This document shows positions 16,735 to 27,043 of a stretch of 40,329 nucleotides of DNA, piece after piece. The position numbers and the translations under genes were made by a program. The stretch covers positions 1 through 40,329 of the forward strand of contig JANPDO010000057.1 in NCBI GenBank assembly GCA_031431535.1, given 5' to 3'. Position 1 is the first letter of the stretch. Each line of letters starts with the position of its first letter. Origin of the DNA: Chloroflexota bacterium. Lineage in GTDB: Bacteria > Chloroflexota > Limnocylindria > Limnocylindrales > CSP1-4. The notes below the pieces were generated by a model, which saw only the letters and a program-made list of their open reading frames with translations, had not been told where the DNA came from and ran no database searches.

Positions 16735-18336
16735 GTGACCCACCGTACGACCGAACACCCGACCGCGCCCCCGGATCTGGACGGCTACCTCGCCCGCTTT
16801 GGGTGGCACCCGGAACCGGAGTTGATCGGGTACCGCGACGAGGGGGCCTCGCGAAACGCCCTGGCCAGGCTCGGCGAAGAGACCTGGCGAGCCGGACTCG
16901 ATTTCATCTTCGGCCAGGCGATGCAGCGCGCGATGGGTGACCCGTCGTCCTACCCCGAAGCGCGGCGGCGCTACTACGCGCCGTCGGACGGCGGCCCTGG
17001 GCCCGCGCCGGGCGACCCATCCACCTCGGCCGACGTGATCGCCGAGTTCGAGGGGCGGCTCGCCGGCGGGTTGATGAATAGCCAGCATCCGCGGCAATTC
17101 GGCTACTTCACGCCGCCGCCGCTGCCCATGTCGATCATGGGCGAGCTGCTCGCGCAGGTCGCCAACCAGGGCGTGGATGTCTGGCACGCCGGGCCGTTTG
17201 CCGCGTTCGTCGAGGAGGAGGTCGTGCGCTGGCTGTGCGACCTCGTCGGCTACGATTCGGGTGCCTTCGGACTGCTGACCAGCGGTGGGGTGATGGCCAA
17301 CTTCATGGCCATGACCCTCGCCCGCGACCTCCATCTGGCCAGACTTCGCGGGCTGTCGGCAGCGCCGCGCGGCAGGGATCTGGAGAACGCCCGCGTCTAC
17401 ACCAGCGACCAGAGCCACTTCAGCATTGCCCGCGCCCTCGACGAACTGGGATTCCCTGCGAGCACGCTCGTCACCCTCCCGGCTGACGATGCCTTCCACC
17501 TCCGTGGCGCGCCCGTCGCCCAGGCGATCGCTCGTGACCGGGCTACGGGCCTGACGCCCTTTGCGATCGCGGCCGTGGCCGGGTCCACCAATACGGGCTC
17601 GGTCGACGCGATCGGGGAACTTGCGGACGTCGCTGCCACCGAGGGCCTGTGGCTCCACGTCGATGCGGCCTATGGCGGCGCGGCCCGTCTGTCGGACCGT
17701 GACGCGGGGCGCGTGCCGGACCTGCACCGCGCGGATTCGATCACCCTCGACCCCCACAAGTGGTTCTTCCAGGCCTATGACATCGGGGGCCTGCTGGTCA
17801 GGGATCGCCGGGCCCTGGCGGCCGTGTTTGGGGGGCAATCGCCGGAGTACTACCGTGGCGGCGAGACACCCGAGCCGACCGACCCGGAGGCCGCAGACGA
17901 CCACGGCGACCAGCTCAACTTTTACAAGCTCAGCTTCGAAGGTACCCGCCGTTGGCGCGCGCTGAAGCTGTGGATGACCTGGAAGCACCTGGGTACGAGC
18001 GGCTTCGGCCGACTGATCGAGGCCAACAACGATCACGCGGCCTACCTGGCCGCCCGCTGCGCCGAGGCGGATGACTTCCAGGCATTCCCTGCAGTGCCCG
18101 AGCTATCCGTTGTGTGCTTCCGCCACCTCGTGCCCGGGCTGAGCGGCGAGGCGCTCGACCGTCACCAGGACGCCCTCCAGACCGCGCTCGAGGTTTCGGG
18201 CGACGGCTGGCTGACCACCACGCGCCTGCGCGGCGCAACCTGGCTTCGAGCCGGGGTCCTCAACTACCTCGCGACCGAGGACGACATCGACCACCTGCTC
18301 GCGACCCTCCGGAGGCTGGCCGGCGAGGTCGTGTGA
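16735..18336 (+). CDS. Group II pyridoxal-phosphate-dependent amino-acid decarboxylase
   Basis: 533 aa. Motifs SGGVMANFMAMTLAR, HVDAAYGG and the PLP-lysine motif ITLDPHKWFFQAYDIGGLLV. Confidence 0.85.
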   Translation: MTHRTTEHPTAPPDLDGYLARFGWHPEPELIGYRDEGASRNALARLGEETWRAGLDFIFGQAMQRAMGDPSSYPEARRRYYAPSDGGPGPAPGDPSTSADVIAEFEGRLAGGLMNSQHPRQFGYFTPPPLPMSIMGELLAQVANQGVDVWHAGPFAAFVEEEVVRWLCDLVGYDSGAFGLLTSGGVMANFMAMTLARDLHLARLRGLSAAPRGRDLENARVYTSDQSHFSIARALDELGFPASTLVTLPADDAFHLRGAPVAQAIARDRATGLTPFAIAAVAGSTNTGSVDAIGELADVAATEGLWLHVDAAYGGAARLSDRDAGRVPDLHRADSITLDPHKWFFQAYDIGGLLVRDRRALAAVFGGQSPEYYRGGETPEPTDPEAADDHGDQLNFYKLSFEGTRRWRALKLWMTWKHLGTSGFGRLIEANNDHAAYLAARCAEADDFQAFPAVPELSVVCFRHLVPGLSGEALDRHQDALQTALEVSGDGWLTTTRLRGATWLRAGVLNYLATEDDIDHLLATLRRLAGEVV

Positions 18337-18353
18337 CAACACCGGCGCGAGCG

Positions 18354-18370
18354 CCGAGGCCGGGCCTCGG
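18354..18370. terminator. GC-rich hairpin between convergent genes (possible bidirectional terminator)
   Basis: CCGAGGC-CGG-GCCTCGG: a 7-bp perfect stem with a 3-nt loop, in the 42-bp gap between the decarboxylase stop (18336) and the oxidase stop (18379). No U-tract. Confidence 0.35.
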
Positions 18371-18378
18371 GCGGACCC

Positions 18379-19695
18379 TCAGGCCGAACGGGACCGCGCT
18401 GCCAGCCGATCCTTGAACCGATACCACTCCCCCGCAAGCGGCATGAACCACGGGCGGCCTTCGTATGGGACGGGGACCAGCGGAAACGCGAGCCGGGCGA
18501 GCGCGGGCGCTTCGCCACCGGCGAGCCACTCCCCGACCTTCGTCCCCAGGTGCGTGGTCAGGGCAATCCCGGTCCCGCAGCAGCCCATCGCGTAGGTGAC
18601 GCCCTGCGCCGTGCGCCCCACGTGCGGCATTCGATCGAAGGTGAAGGCGACGTTGCCGCCCCACGCGTAGTCAATCCGATAGCCGGCCAGCTGCGGATGG
18701 ACCTCCAGAAGACCCCGATAGAGGATCGCGGCGGTCCGGTCGATCGATGTCGGCATGAAGCTGGCGCGGCCGCCGAAGGCCATCCGGCGATCCGCCGTCA
18801 CGTGCCAGTAGTAGAGGAAGTTCTTGGTGTCGAAGAAGGAGCGACCCTTCGGTGAAATCTCTCGTGCCACCTCCTCGGGGAGCGGCTCGCTGGCGATGAT
18901 GTAGCTGCCGATCGGAATGATCCGCCGGCGCAGAGACGGCGCGACGCCATCCGTATAGCCGTTGGTGGCCACAAGCACGTCCCGGGCACGGATCGTGCCC
19001 CGTTCCGTCTCCACATCGAATGAGCCCGCAGCGAGCCGGCGGATGGATCGAGCACGAACCGCTTCGTGAAGGTCGACGCCTGCCCGGTCCGCGGCGCCGG
19101 CCAGTCCCGCGAAGTAACGACCCGGGTGGATCAGGGCGGAGTTCGGGACCACCAGCGCCCCGAAGTAGGCGTCCGAACCGATCTCCTCGCGAATCCTGTC
19201 CCTTGGGACGAGCGTCGTGTCGACCCCCATCGTGGTCAGACTTTCCTGCGCGTGCTGCAGCTTCTTGACATGCGTCGGGGCGTAGGCAAGTTCGACGTGG
19301 CCAACCTCGCGAAAGTCGCAGTCGATCGACTCCCCGGCGATCAGGCGCTTGACCGTCTCGTAGCTGTCCAGCGTCTCGCGGTAGAGCGCCTGTCCCGTTT
19401 CGTCACCGTACCGTCGCAACAGTTCGCGCGGGCCCCACTTATACCCGGGGTGGACGATCCCGCCGTTGCGGGTCGAGGCCCCAAAGCCCAGCGTCCGCGC
19501 TTCGAGCAACGTGACCGCCACCCCACGCCGAGCCAGCTCTCGAGCCGCGTTGATCCCGGTATAGCCGCCGCCGATGACGACGACGTCCGCGCTCTTCGGG
19601 AGGGGCCGTCCCGACCGGTCCGGCAGGGTCGGCATCGTCGCCTGCCAGAGCGGACGTCGCTCGAAGTCCTGGTTCAGTGTTCCGAATCCACTCAT
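18379..19695 (-). CDS. FAD-dependent oxidoreductase, DAO family (PuuB/OrdL-like)
   Basis: Dinucleotide-binding motif DVVVIGGGYTGINAARELARRG near the N-terminus when started at the ATG at 19695 (MSGFGTLNQ...). The track ORF extended to 19839 adds an Arg/Pro-rich unlikely leader. Confidence 0.85.
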   Translation of the reverse strand: MSGFGTLNQDFERRPLWQATMPTLPDRSGRPLPKSADVVVIGGGYTGINAARELARRGVAVTLLEARTLGFGASTRNGGIVHPGYKWGPRELLRRYGDETGQALYRETLDSYETVKRLIAGESIDCDFREVGHVELAYAPTHVKKLQHAQESLTTMGVDTTLVPRDRIREEIGSDAYFGALVVPNSALIHPGRYFAGLAGAADRAGVDLHEAVRARSIRRLAAGSFDVETERGTIRARDVLVATNGYTDGVAPSLRRRIIPIGSYIIASEPLPEEVAREISPKGRSFFDTKNFLYYWHVTADRRMAFGGRASFMPTSIDRTAAILYRGLLEVHPQLAGYRIDYAWGGNVAFTFDRMPHVGRTAQGVTYAMGCCGTGIALTTHLGTKVGEWLAGGEAPALARLAFPLVPVPYEGRPWFMPLAGEWYRFKDRLAARSRSA

Positions 19696-19863
19696 CGCGT
19701 TGAGCGTATCCCAGGGCGAGACGCGCGGCCCGGCGGCGGCGTCGCGCGACGCAGGAGCACCGGTGCGAGGCTGCCCGAAACCGAGCCGAGGCCGACGCTG
19801 CAGACAACCGCGGAGCGTCCCCGCGCAGACATCCAGCACAGAGCTGGGCTATTCTCGGCCGGC

Positions 19864-20304
19864 ATGGATCAGAAGGTCGACATTCTCGCCCGCGTCCCGC
19901 TCTTCTCCAGGCTCGATCGGCGAGGCCTTGAAGCGGTTGCGACGCTCGCGCGCGAGCGCGCGGCCCCGGCGGGCACGGTCCTCATGCGGGAAGGCGATCC
20001 CGCCGAATCGTTCTTCGTCATCGTTGCCGGCACGGTCCATGTCGAGCGGGCGGGACTGCATGTTCGATCGATGACGAATGGCGGGTTCTTCGGCGAGATC
20101 GCCCTCATCGAGCAGGGCGAACGCACCGCAACCGCGACGTGTGCGACCGATTGCCAGCTCCTCGTGCTTGGCCGCTTCGAATTCCAACGGGTCACTGCCA
20201 CGTTCCCCGAGATCGGCACCCGGATCGAGGCGGCCGTCGCCCGGCGGCCGCATCCGGGGGATCGGTTCCACCCGCAGGATCCGCCCGACGGCGCGGCCGA
20301 CTGA
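19864..20304 (+). CDS. Stand-alone cyclic-nucleotide-binding (CAP effector) domain protein
   Basis: ATG at 19864 inside the over-long track ORF 19066..20304. LFSRLDRRGLEAVA...GTVLMREGDPAESFFVIVAGTVHV...GGFFGEIALIEQGERTATATC is the classic cNMP-binding beta-barrel motif. No DNA-binding or other output domain. Confidence 0.8.
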   Translation: MDQKVDILARVPLFSRLDRRGLEAVATLARERAAPAGTVLMREGDPAESFFVIVAGTVHVERAGLHVRSMTNGGFFGEIALIEQGERTATATCATDCQLLVLGRFEFQRVTATFPEIGTRIEAAVARRPHPGDRFHPQDPPDGAAD

Positions 20305-20424
20305 CCCGACAGGCCGCGTCGTCAGACCCGTGTCCCATCCCGTCGGCGATCCGCTCCGGGCTCGGGCGCCATCAAGTGGTCGACGCGCTTCGGAGGAGTC
20401 GATCAAAGCCCCGATAGCCCGTCG

Positions 20425-20619
20425 TTGTTCGATAGGATCCGCAACGGCGACCGCGATGCGTTCGAGGTGCGGCGGATCTACGATCGATTGTTCTGGATGA
20501 CGGGCCAGCCCCGCCGTGCGACGCGATTGGTGTCCCCAGAGCCGTCACGCCGACCTTCGCGGATCAGTAGATGTGTCGGCATCGAGATCAACCGGTCCGT
20601 TCACCTGCTGGGCGGTTGA
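20425..20619 (+). pseudogene. Possible decayed fragment of an ECF sigma factor (region 2 N-terminus)
   Basis: The translation IRNGDRDAFEVRRIYDRLFWMTGQPRRATRLV resembles the usual ECF sigma opening (..GDxxAFExLxxRYxxRLFxxxxxMTGxxxxAxDLVQE). The similarity stops after about 35 aa and the frame closes. Confidence 0.25.
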
Positions 20620-20830
20620 TTCGACGGAGATCCCCTGGCGCAGCCTCCCGTGCGGCAGCCTCGCCGATTCCAGCGCCATTGGTGTAAGCGACCGATTCGG
20701 GGACAAACGTGCCAAAGGTTCCAGCGTCGCTGGAGATCCCACCCGAATGGTCCCGGAATCTGTCGCAGGTTCCATGCTCATTGGAGGACTCGACCGGTGC
20801 GTGTCCCGTAGACCAATGGGGTTGGAATCG

Positions 20831-20886
20831 GGCACCCTCAGGCACCCTCAGGCACCATCAGGCACCGCGCCCTCAGGCACCGCGGC
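20831..20886. repeat. 10-bp tandem repeat (GGCACCCTCA and variants), about 5 units
   Basis: GGCACCCTCA GGCACCCTCA GGCACCATCA GGCACCGCGCCCTCA GGCACCGCGGCC, ending 13 nt before the pyrC stop codon (20899-20901). Confidence 0.85.
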
Positions 20887-20898
20887 CCCGTCGCGCGG

Positions 20899-22313
20899 TC
20901 AGGCGTCCGGGGCCTCGTAGGCGAGCCGACCGCCGGCGAGGGTCAGGAGCACTCGGCCGTGCAACTCGCGGCCGATGAGTGGCGTGTTCTTGCCGCGAGA
21001 CAGGAGCGTTCCAGGGGTCACGGTCCACGCCTCGGACCGGTCGAACACCACGAGGTCCGCCTGCGCGCCCTCGACGAGTCCAATGGCCCCGGCCCGCCGC
21101 GTCCGCCCGCCCAGCACGCCCGCAGGTCCCGTCGTAAGCGCCTCGATCGCCCGCAGCAGCGGCAGGCGACCGGCATCGACTGCCGCCAGCAACACGCCGA
21201 GCGCCGTTTCGATGCCGCTGATGCCGTTGGCGGCATCGCCAAACTCGACGGCTTTGTCCACCTCCGTATGGGGGGCGTGGTCGGTTGCCACCGCGTCAGC
21301 CGTCCCGTCCAGCAGCGCTGCCAGACACGCGGCCGCATCCCGCGCACTTCGCAGCGGCGGATTCACGCGCAGCGACGAAGCGTAGGGGCCGGCATCCAAA
21401 TCACCGTCCGCCCACGGGTCACCGCTTGACGCCCAGGCCCAGCGTCTGGCCCCTGCGACCCATTCATCGGTGAGGGCCAGGTGATGCGGCGTCACGTCAC
21501 AGGTCACCGGTAATCCGTCTGCCCGGGCCCGCCGGATCAGGGTCAGGGCGCCCGCCGTTGACACGTGCGTGAGGTGTAACCGGGCGCCCGGCACGTCTCG
21601 CACCACGTCCGCCAGGACCGCCAGATCTCGAGCGACCGCGGCCTCCTCGGCGGCCGCCGGCCAACCGCGCAGGCCAAGGACCGTGGCGACATACCCATCG
21701 TTGGCCTCGGCACCCACCGTCAGCGAGAGGTCCTCGGCATGGTCGACGATCGGCAGGCCCAGGGCCCCGGCGTATGCGAAGGCCGCTCGCAGGATCGGTG
21801 CGGAACGAACCGGCAGACCGTCGTCGGAGAACCCCGCCACACCGACATCGGCCAGCTCGCCGAGCGCCGCCAGCTGCTCCCCTGCCCGCCCGACGGTGAC
21901 CGCGCCGAATGCGAGCAGTTCGACGGGCGACCCGGACCTGGCCGCAGCCGCCCGGATTCGCGCCAGAACACCTGGCTCGTCGAGCGCGGGATCCGTGTTC
22001 GGCATCGCGCAGACCGTGGTGAATCCGCCGTGCGCCGCCGCCGCCAGGCCAGAGGCCACGGTCTCGGCGTCCTCGTTGCCCGGCTCTCGCAGGTGGGCGT
22101 GCAGGTCGATGAACCCAGGCGCGACGACCACCCCGTGAGCCTCGATATCGCGACCCTCGTCGCCTTCCAGCCACGTGACCGCTGCGACGACGCCGTCCCG
22201 GACTACAAGCTCGCCCGGCCCCTGCCGCCCAGTCGCCGGGTCCACCAGCCACGCACGGCTGATCTCCAGATCCGCGAGGTTGCCGACCGCCGTCGTGCCA
22301 GCGAGCGCCCCGA

Positions 22314-22317
<4 letters not shown>
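20899..22317 (-). CDS. pyrC: Dihydroorotase
   Basis: Motifs PGFIDLHAHLREPG (HxH metal site), DHAPH, and a late Gly-rich tail. GTG at 22317 forms a GTGA overlap with the pyrB stop. The track ORF extended to 22707 is shadow reading inside pyrB. Confidence 0.85.
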
Positions 22318-23990
<1,673 letters not shown>

Positions 23991-24040
23991 CACGGGGCCG
24001 TGGCTGAAGGGTCGCCGACAAGGATACCGCGCCAGGTCCC

Positions 24041-24100
24041 GATCGGTCAGTGGGTCACCGGATCGGTCAGTGGGCCACTCGATCGGTCAGTAGACCGAGA
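24041..24100. repeat. Three tandem 20-bp direct repeats (GATCGGTCAGTGGGTCACCG and variants)
   Basis: Units at 24041-24060, 24061-24080 and 24081-24100. The shared core on the minus strand is (C/T)ACTGACCGATC. The third unit contains the stop codon of the RlpA-like gene. The array lies about 90-150 nt upstream of the pyrR ATG. Confidence 0.9.
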
Positions 24101-24644
24101 CGGTCACCTTGGTCGTCCCGGACCACCACGGGCAGCCGCAGACATCGAAGAAGTCGGTGCGGTAGAGGTCGACGATCCGTTCCGGCTTGACCGGGCCGTA
24201 GTCGTTGACGACCCGCTCGACGCATCCCCCATTGCCGCAAATGATCACGATCGTGCCGCGTGGCAGCCGCATGGCCGTGGTGCCGTTGTGATAGAAGGTC
24301 GCGTACCCGGTCAGCGTGTAGCGCGGCGGCTTGCGCAGCGACGCGGCGGCCGGATCAGGTTGGTTCAGCCTTGGACGCGCTGTCGGGCCGGTCAGCGGGG
24401 CTTCACCGGGCTCGATGAACGCGGCGTCCTCGTCGACCGATCCAGCGGCCGCGTGGGCAGCGTCGAGCCGACCGATCAGGAGTGTCGATCGCGCGTTGGT
24501 CGCGGGGATCGGGAGCGGCTGGAACGCGCTGTCCGGGAGTGGTTCGAGCGGGCTGGGGACCCGTGAACCGGCGAGGCCAGGAAGCGCGACCAGGGCGAGG
24601 GCGGCGATGAGCACCGACCCTACGACCAACCTGCTTGGCCGCAC
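24087..24644 (-). CDS. RlpA-like double-psi beta-barrel (DPBB) domain protein with an N-terminal membrane anchor
   Basis: GTG at 24644 inside track ORF 24087..25046. VRPSRLVVGSVLIAALALVALPGLAG is a signal or anchor. The C-terminus (GYATFYHNGTTAMRLPRGTIVIICGNGGCVERVVNDYGPVKPERIVDLYRTDFFDVCG) matches the RlpA/expansin-like DPBB pattern. Confidence 0.65.
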   Translation of the reverse strand: MRPSRLVVGSVLIAALALVALPGLAGSRVPSPLEPLPDSAFQPLPIPATNARSTLLIGRLDAAHAAAGSVDEDAAFIEPGEAPLTGPTARPRLNQPDPAAASLRKPPRYTLTGYATFYHNGTTAMRLPRGTIVIICGNGGCVERVVNDYGPVKPERIVDLYRTDFFDVCGCPWWSGTTKVTVSVY

Positions 24645-24766
24645 GAGACACTCACGATACGACGAATCGGCCGCGCGCGCCAGTCCCCGTGGTTCATGCG
24701 ATCTGCGCCGCTGACAGCGACCGCCCCGCCGCGTCCGGGCCGGTCGTCCGCCGCGATCGGCGACCG

Positions 24767-27043
24767 CTACTGGATGACGATCGCGCCCTCGACCGGGATG
24801 CTCTCGATGGCGCCGACCTCGTTCGCCGTCCAGGCAGCGATCTGGATCCGGCTGCCTTCGCCGCCCTGGCCCGGCGGACTGACCCAGGCAAGGCGGCCGA
24901 ACCCGATGGAGAATCCTGGCAGAGCGGTGACGTCCTGCGGCGCCCCTGGTGGACGGTCCACGATCCCGGTGAATGGATCGAAATGGAGCAGGCTCAGGCG
25001 ACCGAGACCCGGGTCGAGCGGATCGGCGATCCAGAGCGCCAGCCATGAGCCGGTGTCATCCCAGCGGGCATCGAAGTCGGCGATCGGACCCGCGGCCACG
25101 ACCTGGGCCGGAAAGTCGTGCAATACCTCCGGAAGCGGCGAGGCCGGGGCGTCCGTCGGCGGCGAGGCCGACGCCGGTGGCAGCGGAGACAGCGACACGA
25201 CCGCCGTCGGCAGGAGCGTGGGCGAGATCGAAGCCAGGAGCGACGGCAACACGGACGCGTCGATCGACTCCGAGGACCCTGGCGAGAGCCCCGGGGACGC
25301 TGGCGCGAAGGCATCCTCACCCGGACCGTGGAACGGGTGAACGACCAGGTTGCCGGTGAGTGGCGCGGCCGTGATGCCATCTGGACCAAGGCCAACGGTA
25401 CCCTGCCAGGCGACCACCACCAGGCCGCCCGGAGCGACCGCGGGTTGCCACTCAGCGGCCGCCAGCGGCAGTTCCGTGCCGGTCCATGGGTCGATCAGGA
25501 AGGTTTGCGGCATCCGTTCCCGGATGGGCGTGGGCTCGAGCAGCGCGCTCGCGTCGGGCAACGCGGCACCATCGACCGGCGACGACGCGTCAGCGGTCGG
25601 GACCGGCTGGGTGGGGCTCGGCGGCGTGGAGGTCGCCGGCGTCGGGATCGCGGCGCTCCCAGCGGGCTGGCCGTCGGTGGCTGCCGACGCACCTGGATCA
25701 CCGGGCGGAATCGACCCCGTCGGCTCGGCAGCATCGACCTGGTCCGGGCTCAGGCGGCTCCCAAGCACGATCCCGCCGACCCACGACGCAAAGACGCTCG
25801 AGTGATCCGTGGTGAGCGCGCGGGCCTGGAGATCGCCGACGTGCCAGACATAGATGTCGGGTCCGGCCGAGCCGTCAGACGGTCGTGCACTGAAGGCGAA
25901 CCAGGCACCGTCCGGCGAATACGACGCGGAGCGCCCGACCACCACCACGTCGGTGATGATCGCGATGGCCCCGGGGCTTGGCTCGGGGCCACTCAACTCC
26001 GAGGGAACGGGCTCGCCGGATGCAAGGGTGGCCGCCGGGACCTCCACGGGCGCGAGGATCGGCGCGTCGGTGCCAATCGGCACCTCGGTCGGCGTCGACG
26101 GGTCGCTCGGCACGGGCTCGTCGGTCAACACCGGCTCGACGGTCAACACCGGCTCGTCGCTCGTCGCGGCCGTGAGGTTGGGCGCGTCTGTTGAGCCCAC
26201 AGCGTCCGTCACGCCCGGCGATGCAATCGGTGAGTCCGCGGGGGTCCCGGAGGCATCGGGGGCCGCACTTGCGGCTTGGAGCGGAGCAGGATCGGACGCC
26301 GGGAGCGACACCACGAGCACCGCGTCCGCACCGCTTGCATCTGTGCCGACGACGATGGCCTGATCATCGATCGGCGACTGGAACATGAACCTGGGCGTGG
26401 CGATCAAGGTCACTCGCCGGGCGTTTTCGTCGGCGAACGGCGCGCAATCCGGCTGGCGGTCCTTCTGGCATACGGCGCGGATGTCGGCGACGTTGTAGGC
26501 GAAGGTCCCATTCTCGGCCGCGCCAAGCCAGTGCACCTCCTCGGCCGCGACGGCCAGCGCCGTGGCCGCCGGCGACTCACCCGGGCTGGCAACGGCGGGG
26601 GTGGCGGTCGGAGCGACGGCCACCTGTCCGACCTCACCGAACCAGCCACCCGAGACAGCGGTCGTCACCACGACGAGCGCCACGACGGCGATGCCCGACA
26701 ACGCGCCGAGCGCGGGCAGCGAGGCCGCCGGTCGCCGAGGGCCGCGTCGCCGGGGAAGTCTACGGGCCATGGATTCGTGCTCGATGCCGGCCGCCGTCCT
26801 GGCCCACAGGTCCCGCGGCGGGTGTGGCGCGTCCTCGCCGAGCAGTCGGATCGCCAACTGGTCCGTGGCGTACGCCGCCGCAATCAATCGACAGGGCCGG
26901 CATTCCGTCAGATGCGCTTCGAGCCAGGTCTCCTCGTCCGCCTGCAGCGGCGCAGCAAGACGCTCCGCGGCGCGGACCCGGGCGCGCTCATGGGGGGAGG
27001 ACCAGTGGTCCGGGCGTCGACGAGGTCGCCCACGGAGCCTCAT
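24767..27043 (-). CDS. ZAS-type (zf-HC2) anti-sigma factor with one TM helix and a ~600-aa extracytoplasmic region (low-complexity linkers plus TolB/PD40-like beta-propeller segments)
   Basis: The ATG at 27043 overlaps the sigma-factor stop (ATGA). HLTECRPC is the H-x3-C-x2-C motif. TM helix LPALGALSGIAVVALVVVTTAV. SYSPDGAWFAFSARPSDGSAGPDIYVWHV is PD40-like. Several Pro/Ala/Ser/Thr tracts and a DEPVLTVEPVLTDEPV repeat are present. Confidence 0.75.
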   Translation of the reverse strand: MRLRGRPRRRPDHWSSPHERARVRAAERLAAPLQADEETWLEAHLTECRPCRLIAAAYATDQLAIRLLGEDAPHPPRDLWARTAAGIEHESMARRLPRRRGPRRPAASLPALGALSGIAVVALVVVTTAVSGGWFGEVGQVAVAPTATPAVASPGESPAATALAVAAEEVHWLGAAENGTFAYNVADIRAVCQKDRQPDCAPFADENARRVTLIATPRFMFQSPIDDQAIVVGTDASGADAVLVVSLPASDPAPLQAASAAPDASGTPADSPIASPGVTDAVGSTDAPNLTAATSDEPVLTVEPVLTDEPVPSDPSTPTEVPIGTDAPILAPVEVPAATLASGEPVPSELSGPEPSPGAIAIITDVVVVGRSASYSPDGAWFAFSARPSDGSAGPDIYVWHVGDLQARALTTDHSSVFASWVGGIVLGSRLSPDQVDAAEPTGSIPPGDPGASAATDGQPAGSAAIPTPATSTPPSPTQPVPTADASSPVDGAALPDASALLEPTPIRERMPQTFLIDPWTGTELPLAAAEWQPAVAPGGLVVVAWQGTVGLGPDGITAAPLTGNLVVHPFHGPGEDAFAPASPGLSPGSSESIDASVLPSLLASISPTLLPTAVVSLSPLPPASASPPTDAPASPLPEVLHDFPAQVVAAGPIADFDARWDDTGSWLALWIADPLDPGLGRLSLLHFDPFTGIVDRPPGAPQDVTALPGFSIGFGRLAWVSPPGQGGEGSRIQIAAWTANEVGAIESIPVEGAIVIQ

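Noticed and set aside
16708-18036. 442-aa minus-strand ORF
   Set aside because: Antisense to the PLP decarboxylase, which has an unmistakable DPHKW PLP site. Shadow ORF composition.
20305-20898. tmRNA, RNase P RNA, SRP RNA or a tRNA in the long spacer, and small ORFs 20545..20835 and 20588..20845 as real genes or precursor peptides
   Set aside because: I saw no GGGGCUGA/T-arm (tmRNA), GAGGAAAGUCC (RNase P) or SRP domain IV motifs. The small ORFs start on GTG inside the decamer repeat, lack an SD, and have no neighbouring maturation genes.
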